Assembly (NCBI GenBank): GCA_947501605.1
Contig: CANMWZ010000003.1
Span: 32,001 to 96,000 of the forward strand
DNA: 64,000 bases
Direction of reading: 5' to 3'
From: Planctomycetota bacterium
GTDB lineage: Bacteria > Planctomycetota > UBA1135 > UBA2386
Position numbers and translations under genes: made by a program. The notes beneath the pieces were generated by a model, which was not told the DNA's origin, did not search any database, and saw only the letters and a list, made by a program, of their open reading frames with translations. Shown in pieces: positions 29,999-39,518 of this stretch; positions within the stretch are counted from its first letter, which is position 1, and each line of letters opens with the position of its first letter.

Positions 29999-30856
29999 TC
30001 TTCTCTTCCGGGTGCCTGCTCCGTGTTTGTCGCCACGCTGAAGTGGCACGGCGCATGAGGGGCGGCTGGTTGAAGGCGTTGCGCTACTAGCCAGGCGCAA
30101 CGCCGCCGCGGGTTCCGGGAAAGCTACGGGGACTGCTACCAGCTGCCGCGGTGGCCTTGAGTCCGCGACCCGATGGTAGCCGTGCGCTGCACTTCGCTCT
30201 CGATTGGTCGCTCTCGATTGGTCGCCGCGCCCGCTGGACGACCGCAAGAGCGCCCCGGGCACTGCGCGGGTGCCCCAGAACGTGGCGCACCATCCGAACG
30301 GTTGTCCGCGGCATCCACCCACCAGTGCGGCGAGAGCGGCAAGAGTGACCTCACGGGAAAGACGACTACCGGGGTCTTCCGTGGTGCCACTGCCGCTGCC
30401 AAGGATGGTCACCGTGAGTGCGTTCTGGTGCGCGCGAAGGTTGGCGTATGCAACCACACAGCCCGCGCCCATCTGTCGCACCAAACCACACGCCACATCG
30501 AGGACAAGAATACAGGCATGCTGCAGGATGCAAACCGCGGCGAGGCCGAGCCTCGCGCCGCGCGGGGTGATTCGGCGGAATCGCCCTCGCTTCAGAACTC
30601 GCTCAGGGCGCAGCTTAGGGACGCGAGATTCGCCACCGCACGACGGATATCTGCACAGCGAAACAGCCCGTGCTTCCGACGCTTTGGAGGCTCCTCAAAC
30701 TGCTACCCCCCGATTGCGTAAGTCGACGTCGGGCGGCAACCTTGCGCGAGTTCTTGAACCGCTTCGCATCGCGTGCGTAGCCACGCGCCGTCTCACCACG
30801 ACGGTCAACCCGGATGAACCCGGGAAGATGATGCGAGACCGGTCAAGGGATTCTCC

Positions 30857-32560
30857 ATGCACCGCTATCTCCTCAGCAGTGCGCTCGCGGTGGCCCTGTG
30901 TGCCAATCCGCTGTCGGCGCAGTCCAACGTGCTCATGGTCGTCATCGACGACCTCGGACCAGACTACCTCGCTTGCTACCAGCAGAACGCCAACCCGCCA
31001 TCGACGCCCACGATCGACCAGCTAGCCAGCAGCGGCCTTCGCTTTGCGCAGGCCTACGCCGACCCCGTCTGCACGCCCACGCGTGTCTGTCTGGCGACCG
31101 GACGACATGCATTCCGCAGTGGTGTGGTTGTCACCTGCAACCCGGGGGATCCGGGGCTCCGCGATGAGGAGGTGACGCTTCCGGAAGCGCTCTCGACCTC
31201 GGGCTATGCGCGCGCGCTGGTCGGCAAGTGGCACATGGGAGATCGACACGGCGGCGTTACGCCAAACGTGCACGGCTGGCCCCACTTTGCCGGCACGCTC
31301 TACGGCAACATCCCCAACCACTACCTTTGGACCAAGACCAGCGATGGCGTCGCCTCGCTAGTCACGACCTACTCGACGACAGCCGAAGTGGATGAGGCGT
31401 TGAACTGGATCGGACAGCAAACGGCGCCGTGGGTGCTCGTGCTCAACTGCAACGCGCCACACACACCGCTCCAGGCGCCGCCAGCGCAGCTGCACCTTCA
31501 AGACCTAACCGGCCTCTCGCCAACGACCCAGCCCGTGCCCTTCTACAAGGCGATGATCGAGGCCTTCGACAGCGAACTCGGTCGCCTCCTCACCGGCCTC
31601 GGTAGCGCCCGCGCCAGCACCAACGTCATCGTGATCGGCGACAACGGGACTCCCGGCGCCGTCGCCATGGCGCCGCTGACCCGCGCCAAGGGGTCGTTGT
31701 ATCAAGGTGGCGTGCAGGTCCCGTTGATCGTCAACGGACCGGCCGTGGTGCAGGGCGGCCGCGTCGTCACCGTCCCGGTTCACGCGGTTGATCTATTCCC
31801 GACGGTGCTCGAGCTATGCAGCGTGTCTCCATCGAGCCTACCAGTGGCCCTCGATGGCCGCAGTCTGATGCCGCTGATCAAGAATCAGGCGCGGCCCGCT
31901 CAGCCAGTCTACGCGGAGACGATCGGCACTGGGTTTGGGAGCGGCTACCAGGTGCGGGAGGGCGACTACAAGCTCATACGGTTCACGGACGATGTTGCGA
32001 TGCTGCCGCACGAGGAGCTCTACAACGTGCGGCTCGACCCGACCGAAACGACCGACTTGCTCCTGGCCGGCCCCGCGGACCCCAATGCTGCGGCCGCCTA
32101 CCAGCAACTGCGCACCGAGATGTGGAGACTGCGCAGCCAGGGAGTCATCCTTGCGTACAGCGCCGACTGCCCGAGTTCTGTCGGCGTGGTGCGACTCAAG
32201 AGCTACGCGCCGCCTACCCTCGGGTCGGCCCACCACATGCGCGTGCTGTCGCCTGGCGTCGGTAGCAACGCAACGATCTTCCCGGCGATGGTGATGCTCG
32301 GGGTAAGCGGCAGCTCGTGGCTTGGCGCCGCGCTGCCAGCCCGGCTCGATTCCCTCGGCATGCCCGGATGCATGTTGAATGCGAGCCCAGACTTTCCCAT
32401 CTACATCGGCACCACCGACACGCTGTTCTGGATCTGGGTTCCCAATGACCTCGCCTTCCTCGGGCAGTCGTTCTACTCACAGGCGGCGGTGGCGGATCCG
32501 GCAGCAAACCCAGCGGGACTCGCAACGTCTGCGGGCTATCAGTTCACGCTGGGTCAGTGA
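30857..32560 (+). CDS. Secreted formylglycine-dependent sulfatase with extra C-terminal domain
   Basis: Signal peptide; NVLMVVIDDLG, CTPTRVCLATG (CxPxR), GKWHMG, APHTP, GDNG, KGSLYQGGVQVPL; ~130-aa C-terminal domain. Confidence 0.93.
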   Translation: MHRYLLSSALAVALCANPLSAQSNVLMVVIDDLGPDYLACYQQNANPPSTPTIDQLASSGLRFAQAYADPVCTPTRVCLATGRHAFRSGVVVTCNPGDPGLRDEEVTLPEALSTSGYARALVGKWHMGDRHGGVTPNVHGWPHFAGTLYGNIPNHYLWTKTSDGVASLVTTYSTTAEVDEALNWIGQQTAPWVLVLNCNAPHTPLQAPPAQLHLQDLTGLSPTTQPVPFYKAMIEAFDSELGRLLTGLGSARASTNVIVIGDNGTPGAVAMAPLTRAKGSLYQGGVQVPLIVNGPAVVQGGRVVTVPVHAVDLFPTVLELCSVSPSSLPVALDGRSLMPLIKNQARPAQPVYAETIGTGFGSGYQVREGDYKLIRFTDDVAMLPHEELYNVRLDPTETTDLLLAGPADPNAAAAYQQLRTEMWRLRSQGVILAYSADCPSSVGVVRLKSYAPPTLGSAHHMRVLSPGVGSNATIFPAMVMLGVSGSSWLGAALPARLDSLGMPGCMLNASPDFPIYIGTTDTLFWIWVPNDLAFLGQSFYSQAAVADPAANPAGLATSAGYQFTLGQ

Positions 32561-32931
32561 CTTTGGCAGTGGGCTGCTCGTCGGCCTGCGAGCGACGCCG
32601 AACACCGATGGTCGAGGGCACGGAGCGAACTCGTAGCGGAATCTGTGCTTCCACGGAGAGTTCGCGAGAAACCTAGCAGGCGCCACAGCGATCGGGCTTT
32701 GGGGCCATCCGCAGCCGCTGGCACTTGGTGAAACCACTTCGAGTGCTGGGACAGCGAGAGTCGGCTGTAACGAGATCCTGCGGACGAGAGCCGCGCCGAG
32801 TAGCGCCTGACGGCTGCTGGTCTGGCTCGGAGGCAAAGCCCGTATCTGCCGGCAGACGCCGCTGCCAACCTCTCCTGCGAAGGTGGCCGAAACCGCTTCG
32901 TGCAAGTCCTTCTGCAGGCCAGCAGAGGTGC

Positions 32932-34485
32932 CTACGAGGTCGGAGTCGACGAGTCCCCGAGCACCTTGCCTAACAGGGCACGATCGCCCTGAACGGCGGT
33001 TCGCTGCATGTACAGTTGCAGGCCGCGCAGGGCGCCGAGTTCTTCCCCGCCGCCGGCTCTACCAGGGCCACCGTGGATCGTTCCTGGGAGCACTGCACCG
33101 GGACCAAGAGCCTGGCCCTGCGTCTTCTCGCTGCCAATCCACAACCGGCCGTGCCACGGCGCCATGGTCTGCACCGCCTCGTCGAGGAAGTCGCGATCGT
33201 CACTGTAGAGACTGGCGACCAGGCCGCCGCCGCCGCGATTGGCCAACATCGCAGCCGATGCAGCCGTGCCGTCGTAGGGCAGCAGAGTGGCGCATGGACC
33301 GAACACCTCGAGGGCGTGCAAGACTTCAGCGCCCGCATCCCTCGCCCGAAGCAAGGTCGGCGCCACGAAGTAGCCACGCTCCGTCATCGGTGACGGGCCG
33401 CCACACAGCACCTCAGTGACAGCCAGGAGGTGTTGCATGCCCGTGCGGACGGTTCCCAGGGCCTCGGCGCTCGCGACTGGCCCCATGCGGTTTTCTTCGT
33501 CGGCGGGGTTGCCGACCTTGACCGCTCGGATGCGTTCTACCAAGGCCTCGGCCACATCGCCGAGCAGGTCCATCGGTACCAGGATGCGGCGCACGGCCGT
33601 GCACTTCTGGCCGGCCTTCTGCGTGATGTCGGTGGCAACGTTGGCGACGAATTGCGCGAACGTGTCGCCACCGAGATCGACGTCGACGCCGAGCACTGCA
33701 GCATTGATCGAATCCGCTTCGATGTTGCATCGCACGTTGCGAGCGACGAGGTTGCGGTTGCCGCGAATCAAAGCGCCTGTCACCGAGGAACCGGTGAACG
33801 CAACCGCGTCCATGGCCGTCAGCAAATCGAGCATCGGTGCAATCGAGCCGACAACAAGCTGGAAGCTCCCCTCAGGCAGGACCGCGCTCTCGACCACGAT
33901 CTGGGCGATCCGATGCGCCAGCATCGCGCTTGGCGTGCCTGGCTTCTCAATCACTGGCACTCCTGCAAGGAGTGCGCACGCCATCTTTTCACCCATCCCC
34001 CAAGCTGGGAAGTTGAAGGCATTGATGTGGAGCGCCACACCCGGTCGTGCCGAGAGGACGTGCTGGCCCCAGAACCGAGGAGTCCGTCCAAGTTGCAGTC
34101 CGTCGCCGTCGAGGAAGGCGCCACTGGTCGGAAGTGAGCCGGCGAGGTTGCCGTAGAAAGCCAACGTACCCGTCATGCCGTCGAGGTCGAACTTGGCGTC
34201 ACCGCGCGTATTGCCACCGTTCTGCGTGCTGATCGCAATGAGCTCGTCGCGGCGCTCATGCAGGATCTTCGACAGCGATTTCAACATCTCGCCACGCTCG
34301 AGGTAACTCGTGGCTCCCAGCGCGGCCAACCCCTTGCCGCGCGCATGCTGCAGCGCCGCGGCGAGATCCACGCCACCAGTGTGCACTTGTCCCAGGACCG
34401 CCTCAGTCGAAGGATCATGCAAGGTCTTGGCCTCGCCGCTACCGATCTGCCACCGGCCGGACACGTAACTCGAGAGCACGTTCAT
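32932..34485 (-). CDS. Aldehyde dehydrogenase of the PaaZ N-domain / 3,4-dehydroadipyl-CoA semialdehyde dehydrogenase type
   Basis: HINAFNFPAWG, FTGSS, EADSIN, KAGQKCTAVRR (catalytic Cys), EVFGP, HGGPGRAGGGEELG; no MaoC domain. Confidence 0.9.
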   Translation of the reverse strand: MNVLSSYVSGRWQIGSGEAKTLHDPSTEAVLGQVHTGGVDLAAALQHARGKGLAALGATSYLERGEMLKSLSKILHERRDELIAISTQNGGNTRGDAKFDLDGMTGTLAFYGNLAGSLPTSGAFLDGDGLQLGRTPRFWGQHVLSARPGVALHINAFNFPAWGMGEKMACALLAGVPVIEKPGTPSAMLAHRIAQIVVESAVLPEGSFQLVVGSIAPMLDLLTAMDAVAFTGSSVTGALIRGNRNLVARNVRCNIEADSINAAVLGVDVDLGGDTFAQFVANVATDITQKAGQKCTAVRRILVPMDLLGDVAEALVERIRAVKVGNPADEENRMGPVASAEALGTVRTGMQHLLAVTEVLCGGPSPMTERGYFVAPTLLRARDAGAEVLHALEVFGPCATLLPYDGTAASAAMLANRGGGGLVASLYSDDRDFLDEAVQTMAPWHGRLWIGSEKTQGQALGPGAVLPGTIHGGPGRAGGGEELGALRGLQLYMQRTAVQGDRALLGKVLGDSSTPTS

Positions 34486-34579
34486 CCTTGAGAGACTACC
34501 GATCGGAAGGACCGATGCCACGTGAAGGTGCGGGCGCCAAGCGCTGGTTAGCGGAAGCGCGGGAAGCTACCGTGCCGAC

Positions 34580-35014
34580 ATGATCAAGCGCCTGCTCGCG
34601 GTTCCTCTGTTCCTACTGTTGGGCGCCTGTGGCATTGCCCGCATGGAGACGAATGAACCCCTCGACGCGACCCTTGTTCGGACACTGCAACCAGGAGTGA
34701 CGACCGCGCGCGAGGTCGTCGAGAAACTCGGCGCCCCCACGGAGGTCGTTCAACTCGGACGCCGTTCCGCCTACCGCTACGACGCTTCCAGCGCCAAGTC
34801 AGCGGGACTGATCCTGCTGGTGTTCAACATGTTCGCGCAGGACATGCGCACGGACCGCCTCTGGGTGTTCTTCGATGAGAAGGACCTGTTGACTCACTTC
34901 GGCGCGACCTACGGCGTACACCGGACGCAATACGCTCTCCCGTGGGAAGACGTTCAGGAACCCGAGGACAACGCCGAACGGGATGCCCAGCGTCCTGGAG
35001 TAATCGGCAAGTGA
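34580..35014 (+). CDS. Lipoprotein, SmpA/BamE-like fold
   Basis: Lipobox LLGAC; LQPGVTTAREVVEKLGAP; LWVFFDEKDLL. Confidence 0.7.
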   Translation: MIKRLLAVPLFLLLGACGIARMETNEPLDATLVRTLQPGVTTAREVVEKLGAPTEVVQLGRRSAYRYDASSAKSAGLILLVFNMFAQDMRTDRLWVFFDEKDLLTHFGATYGVHRTQYALPWEDVQEPEDNAERDAQRPGVIGK

Positions 35015-35445
35015 GGCCATGGCTCATTGCCGCCGCTGCGGGTCTCTGCTGCCCGAGTTGTGTGCAGCTCACCTACATGGTGCGGTCGGTGGACAGCCCG
35101 GTATCGATCCCCGCCCTGGAGTCCCTCCGTCCCGGCGTGGACGATCTGACCGTGTGCCTTCAGCGACTCGGAGCCCCGCACCATGTGTTCGAGTACCGAG
35201 TCGACGGCATGGCGCTCCTCTGGCACTACGTCGATGGCTCAGGTTGGGGCGCGAGCGTCAGCTACAACCCGGTTCGACAAGCGCCCGGCACGAGCTTCAA
35301 CATGGAACTCGACGATTCCGACATGCCAGGTGCCGTGCTGTGGTTTGACGCCGATCTCAAGCTGCTGGAGTGGCGCCAAGGCATGATGCGCGATCTGACT
35401 GTCGGCCTGCGGCGACGGCCGGCCGACCGCGATCAGCTGCAATGA
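35011..35445 (+). CDS. Lipoprotein, SmpA/BamE-like fold (paralog)
   Basis: GTG overlaps the previous stop; Cys-containing signal; LRPGVDDLTVCLQRLGAP; VLWFDADLKL. Confidence 0.6.
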   Translation: MRPWLIAAAAGLCCPSCVQLTYMVRSVDSPVSIPALESLRPGVDDLTVCLQRLGAPHHVFEYRVDGMALLWHYVDGSGWGASVSYNPVRQAPGTSFNMELDDSDMPGAVLWFDADLKLLEWRQGMMRDLTVGLRRRPADRDQLQ

Positions 35446-35476
35446 GTAGGTGTAGCGACGGAGATTGCGCCCGAAC

Positions 35477-36376
35477 TCAGAACTGGACGAACTGCAGCAA
35501 GTCCTGGTAACGACGCTCGACAGTTGCGCGATCGGTCGCGGCCAGTCGCTCGACGCCCAGCGCCTCCACTGTGAGGCTTGCCGTCACTGTGCCGTAGGCA
35601 ACAGCTCGCTTCATGTTCCACAGGCTGATCGAGTCGCAGCTCGCGAGGTAGCCCATGAAGCCGCCGGCAAAGCTGTCCCCAGCACCGGTCGGATCGATGA
35701 CTTTCTCGGTTGGGTAGGCCGGCAGCGCGTAGTGGAAGTAGGGACTGAACACGAAACACCCGTGCTCGCCCTTCTTCACGATCACCAAGGACGGCCCCAT
35801 CGCGAGCACGGCCTTGCCAGCCTTGATCAGGTTGCTCTCACCTGTCAGCTGCTTCACTTCCTGGTCATTCACGATCAAGCCGTTGATGCGCTTCAACAGG
35901 GCGCCGAGGCCGTCGCGATCGCGTTCGATCCAGAGATCCATGGTGTCTGCGACGACGAATTCGGCGCGGTCGACCTGCCCGAGCACGGACATCTGCGTCT
36001 GCGGGGAACCATTGGCGAGGAACACAAACCTCGAGTCTCGGAACGAAGTCGGCACCTTGGGCTGAAAGTCACCGAACGTGTTGAGCTGCACGTCCAGAGT
36101 CGTCCGCGAGTTCATGTCGGCTGAGTAGCGACCGTGCCACGCGAAAGTCTTCCCCGCCTTCTGCTCCAGGCCTTCGAGGTCGATCCCGCGAGACTCCAAG
36201 AGGCGCCGGTGCTCGGCCGGAAAATCCTGTCCGACGACGCTGACGAGACGCACGGACGTGAACATCCGCGCTGCCAGGGCGAAGTAGGTCGAGGAGCCGC
36301 CGAGACAACGGGTCGCGGTGCCGTGCGGGGTCTCGATGGTGTCGAACGCAGTAGAGCCGACGACGAGCAAGTTCAT
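35477..36376 (-). CDS. PfkB-family carbohydrate/nucleoside kinase
   Basis: LLVVGSTAFD, LGGSSTY, VKKGEHG, DPTGAGDSFAGG. Confidence 0.93.
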   Translation of the reverse strand: MNLLVVGSTAFDTIETPHGTATRCLGGSSTYFALAARMFTSVRLVSVVGQDFPAEHRRLLESRGIDLEGLEQKAGKTFAWHGRYSADMNSRTTLDVQLNTFGDFQPKVPTSFRDSRFVFLANGSPQTQMSVLGQVDRAEFVVADTMDLWIERDRDGLGALLKRINGLIVNDQEVKQLTGESNLIKAGKAVLAMGPSLVIVKKGEHGCFVFSPYFHYALPAYPTEKVIDPTGAGDSFAGGFMGYLASCDSISLWNMKRAVAYGTVTASLTVEALGVERLAATDRATVERRYQDLLQFVQF

Positions 36377-36466
36377 GCGGGCGGAGAGCATCCCCGCCCG
36401 CCAGGAGGATGACAAGACCTACTACGTGCCCACTCCCCCACCGCGAAGCACTCGTGTCGAGCCCCC

Positions 36467-37690
36467 TCAAGATTGCGGCGGACCACTATCCGCAGCGTTC
36501 AAGGCCGCTTCCTCCGCAATGTCCTCTTTCGTGATCCGGTTGCGCTCGAACAAGACGAGCACGCCGCCCAAGAGCGACCAGATCGTGGTGTGCAGGCGAT
36601 AGAGAACGGACAGTGCGAACGCGCGTGTTCCCATGATGCGCGCTGCATCTGCGGCCGACGCGATCCCCGTGACGTAACCGGCGCCGTAGGTCGCGAACAA
36701 CTTTTGGTACAGCCACTCCCCAAGGCCCCAGCCGTTCGGCATCAACGGCACGACGCTAACGATGTTGATTACCGGAATGAGGACGAAGTACTCGGTCCAT
36801 GGCATCCCGATACCGAGCGCGTCACCGACGAGCACGACGCTCATGACCGAGACCACGTGGTTCCCGACACCCGCAAGAATGCTGAAGAAGATGACTCGCT
36901 TGTGACCCCGATAGAAGAAGACCGCTTGGTCGAACATCTTGAGCAGGTTGCCGACCCTGGCGGGCAACCGGTCAAGTAGCCACTTGAGGCGCACCAGCCC
37001 ACGAAGGCGGCGACTGAACGCGATCGCCGCCAACACTGACAGTCCACCGATGACGCTCCAGATCGCGATCGCGATGTCCGCGAATCGCTCGATCGCGAAA
37101 AGCACGACGAGGGCACCGAGAATTGCAAGTGACGTCAGGCCTAGCACGCGATCCACGATCACCGAAACCAGCGCCGGCACTCGTTGCCCTGGGCAGCGCT
37201 TCATGATGTAGAGCGCCTTGATGACATCGCCCCCGGTAGAGCCGAGAAAGATGTTGTTGAAGAACACTCCGATCCAGGTGAAGCGAAGGGCCTGTCCGAG
37301 TGAGACCTCGAGTCCGTTGACGCGGAGCAGCCACCACCAGCGCGCCCCGGCGAGCATTACCGTCGCGAAGTAGCACAGAGCCGCGATTGCGAACAGCAAC
37401 ACGTTGATGTTGCGGCAGTAGGTCCAGAAGCCGGGTGCAAGGTCTACTTCGCTGCCGTCGGGCTGCCGACCGGCAAGGAACTTCTGCTCGGTCCCATCAG
37501 CACGCACGACGACAACGGTCTCGTCCGTCCACTGACCTTCGATGCGAACGACTTCCGTCGACTCGACTCCGGCAACGCGGCGGACAAGGTGGTCATCCCA
37601 CTGCACGCGAGAGACCACGACCACCATCAGGCCGACCACCAATGCCAGCTTGAGCAACTTGATCAGCATCGCCTTCGTCATCGTTGCCAC
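36467..37690 (-). CDS. Lysylphosphatidylglycerol synthase TM-region (flippase-like) protein
   Basis: RWWWLL, FFNNIFLGSTGGDVIK, SVIVDRVLG, PLMPNGWGLGE; multiple TM helices. Confidence 0.85.
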   Translation of the reverse strand: MATMTKAMLIKLLKLALVVGLMVVVVSRVQWDDHLVRRVAGVESTEVVRIEGQWTDETVVVVRADGTEQKFLAGRQPDGSEVDLAPGFWTYCRNINVLLFAIAALCYFATVMLAGARWWWLLRVNGLEVSLGQALRFTWIGVFFNNIFLGSTGGDVIKALYIMKRCPGQRVPALVSVIVDRVLGLTSLAILGALVVLFAIERFADIAIAIWSVIGGLSVLAAIAFSRRLRGLVRLKWLLDRLPARVGNLLKMFDQAVFFYRGHKRVIFFSILAGVGNHVVSVMSVVLVGDALGIGMPWTEYFVLIPVINIVSVVPLMPNGWGLGEWLYQKLFATYGAGYVTGIASAADAARIMGTRAFALSVLYRLHTTIWSLLGGVLVLFERNRITKEDIAEEAALNAADSGPPQS

Positions 37691-38247
37691 TCCCCCTTCG
37701 CGCGCACTTTGCTGCGGGCGATCGCGATCGTCGACTGCTCTGCGGCAACTTGACTCAACAGACGTGATGCGAATCGCACAGGATCGACGCCGAGTTGCTG
37801 CAGGGTCGCGATGCGGACCGGTGCCCCGCCCGGCGAGATGTTCAGAGCGAAGTGAATCAAGGTGCTGACTGGTGAAGCCGTGGCGATGGAAATCGACAAC
37901 TTGCCGTCGTCGACGAACAGGTCGTCGCCGGCGCGGCGAACCTCAGCGGCAACTGCGAGTTCGTTCAAGAGCTCGCCGGCAGTCGCACTCAGGAGTCGCT
38001 GCCTGTGGACTGCGAGCAGCAGATCGGTGGAGGCAAAGCACTCCCACATGAAGTGCAGCATGTCGTCTGCGGCAATGCCTGGGCCATCGAGGTCGGCAAG
38101 ATCGGCGATCTCCGCGCGCTCGACGCGGCACGGCCCGCGAAACGCCACCAGGGCGTCGCCGGCGAGTCCGGTCTCCGCGAGGATCCAGTGCGCGCTCAAC
38201 TGCGAGCCGTCGTAGGCAATCCGGCGGTCGATCCAGTGAGTAATCAA
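37678..38247 (-). CDS. DUF366 family protein (BPL/LPL-like fold)
   Basis: YDGSQLSAHW, FRGPC, MLHF, QRLL, RAGDDLF, KLSISIAT, LIHFALN, KVR. Confidence 0.8.
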   Translation of the reverse strand: MITHWIDRRIAYDGSQLSAHWILAETGLAGDALVAFRGPCRVERAEIADLADLDGPGIAADDMLHFMWECFASTDLLLAVHRQRLLSATAGELLNELAVAAEVRRAGDDLFVDDGKLSISIATASPVSTLIHFALNISPGGAPVRIATLQQLGVDPVRFASRLLSQVAAEQSTIAIARSKVRAKGEWQR

Positions 38248-39518
38248 GGCTTGCCCTTTTGCTTCTGGAACTCGGACCACCACACTCGAATCCAGTCCTC
38301 ACCGCCAAAGTCGAGGTCCTCGGCCGGTCGAGCATGCTCTCGCCGCAGACAGTGAGCGAGCGCTTCGCGCGCCGGCATCGCCACAGGGGAGTAGTAGGGA
38401 TCGCCGTCCAGAGCCATCCGGACCAGGAATTCAGCCGGTGCGATACGCTGCCAAGCTTCTCGACCTGGGAACGTACAGATCTGCACAGCTCGATCTGGAT
38501 CCAGCTGCCCGCAAAGATGCACCAAGCGGAGACGCAGGGCATCGTTGTCCTCGAATGTCGGCTCGCCGGCTGCGATCTGTTCTGGGGAAGCTGCCAGCAT
38601 CGCAAGGAGCACTGGCACAGAATCCGAACCGCCGGAACGATGAAGTTCTTCGATGGCGCGTATGCGCACTTCGATCAACTCAACGTTGCGGCCAGCCGCA
38701 GCGTCGATCACAGCCCACTGCAGCGCATGGTGCAAGGCCGAGCGCAGAGCCGCCTGTGCTGCGACTCGCATGTCGGGTTGCTGCTCATCGCGCACGGCAT
38801 TCGATAGATCCGCGACAAGAGCAAGGCGCTGGCTCCAGTGCGGCAGTGGCCTCGCGGACAGGACTCCCAAAGCGGCACCGTAGAGCGCGCGCTCGTCCTC
38901 GCTGAGCGGACCGCCCGGAGGAGTGCGTTGCGCTGGGCGCATCGACGTGAAGCGTTCGAGTGCCTGGGCCCCGTCCGCGGGCGGTTCGAGTTGGAGACCA
39001 CGTTCCACGAGCCCCGTGAGGAGGTCGACGCCGACGACTTTGGCAATAGCGGCAATGCTGTCGAGAGCGACGATGCGATTGAGCGGCGCGGGATCCAGTT
39101 CGGCAACGCGCACCAGCCGTTGGGCCGTGTCGGCACACCGCAGCAAGTTGCTTCCTGCCTTCTGGCCAACAACACCGATCAATTCGCGGACGTAGGATGA
39201 GGGATTCTCCAGCTCACGATCGACCCGTTCACCGAACGTCCAGAAGAGGATCGGCCTCAGCGGCAGCAGTAGGGTCCAACGGGCGATGCCCGCAGTGGAC
39301 TCAACCCCGGTTCTGTAGATCAACCGCTGGTCTGGTCCGGTGCCCTCCACGACTACTGCGGAATCAAGGTCGCGAACCACCATTCCGTAGGTCAGGTTCG
39401 ACACGGAACACGCGGCGATGCACAACACAATCGCCAGCACAGACGCGAACGTCAGCGACGAACGAAATCCTGAATGCAGCCGTGTTGATGGCTGCGCCTG
39501 CGCAGAGCCCGTGATCAT
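38244..39518 (-). CDS. Hypothetical helical lipoprotein
   Basis: Lipobox-like CIAAC; coupled to both neighbours; HEAT-like C-terminal part. Confidence 0.65.
   Translation of the reverse strand: MITGSAQAQPSTRLHSGFRSSLTFASVLAIVLCIAACSVSNLTYGMVVRDLDSAVVVEGTGPDQRLIYRTGVESTAGIARWTLLLPLRPILFWTFGERVDRELENPSSYVRELIGVVGQKAGSNLLRCADTAQRLVRVAELDPAPLNRIVALDSIAAIAKVVGVDLLTGLVERGLQLEPPADGAQALERFTSMRPAQRTPPGGPLSEDERALYGAALGVLSARPLPHWSQRLALVADLSNAVRDEQQPDMRVAAQAALRSALHHALQWAVIDAAAGRNVELIEVRIRAIEELHRSGGSDSVPVLLAMLAASPEQIAAGEPTFEDNDALRLRLVHLCGQLDPDRAVQICTFPGREAWQRIAPAEFLVRMALDGDPYYSPVAMPAREALAHCLRREHARPAEDLDFGGEDWIRVWWSEFQKQKGKP

Noticed and set aside
29999..30856. Prophage or integrative element at tRNA-Val
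   Set aside because: No integrase, phage genes or duplicated tRNA 3' end were seen, and the ORFs here lack credible protein features.
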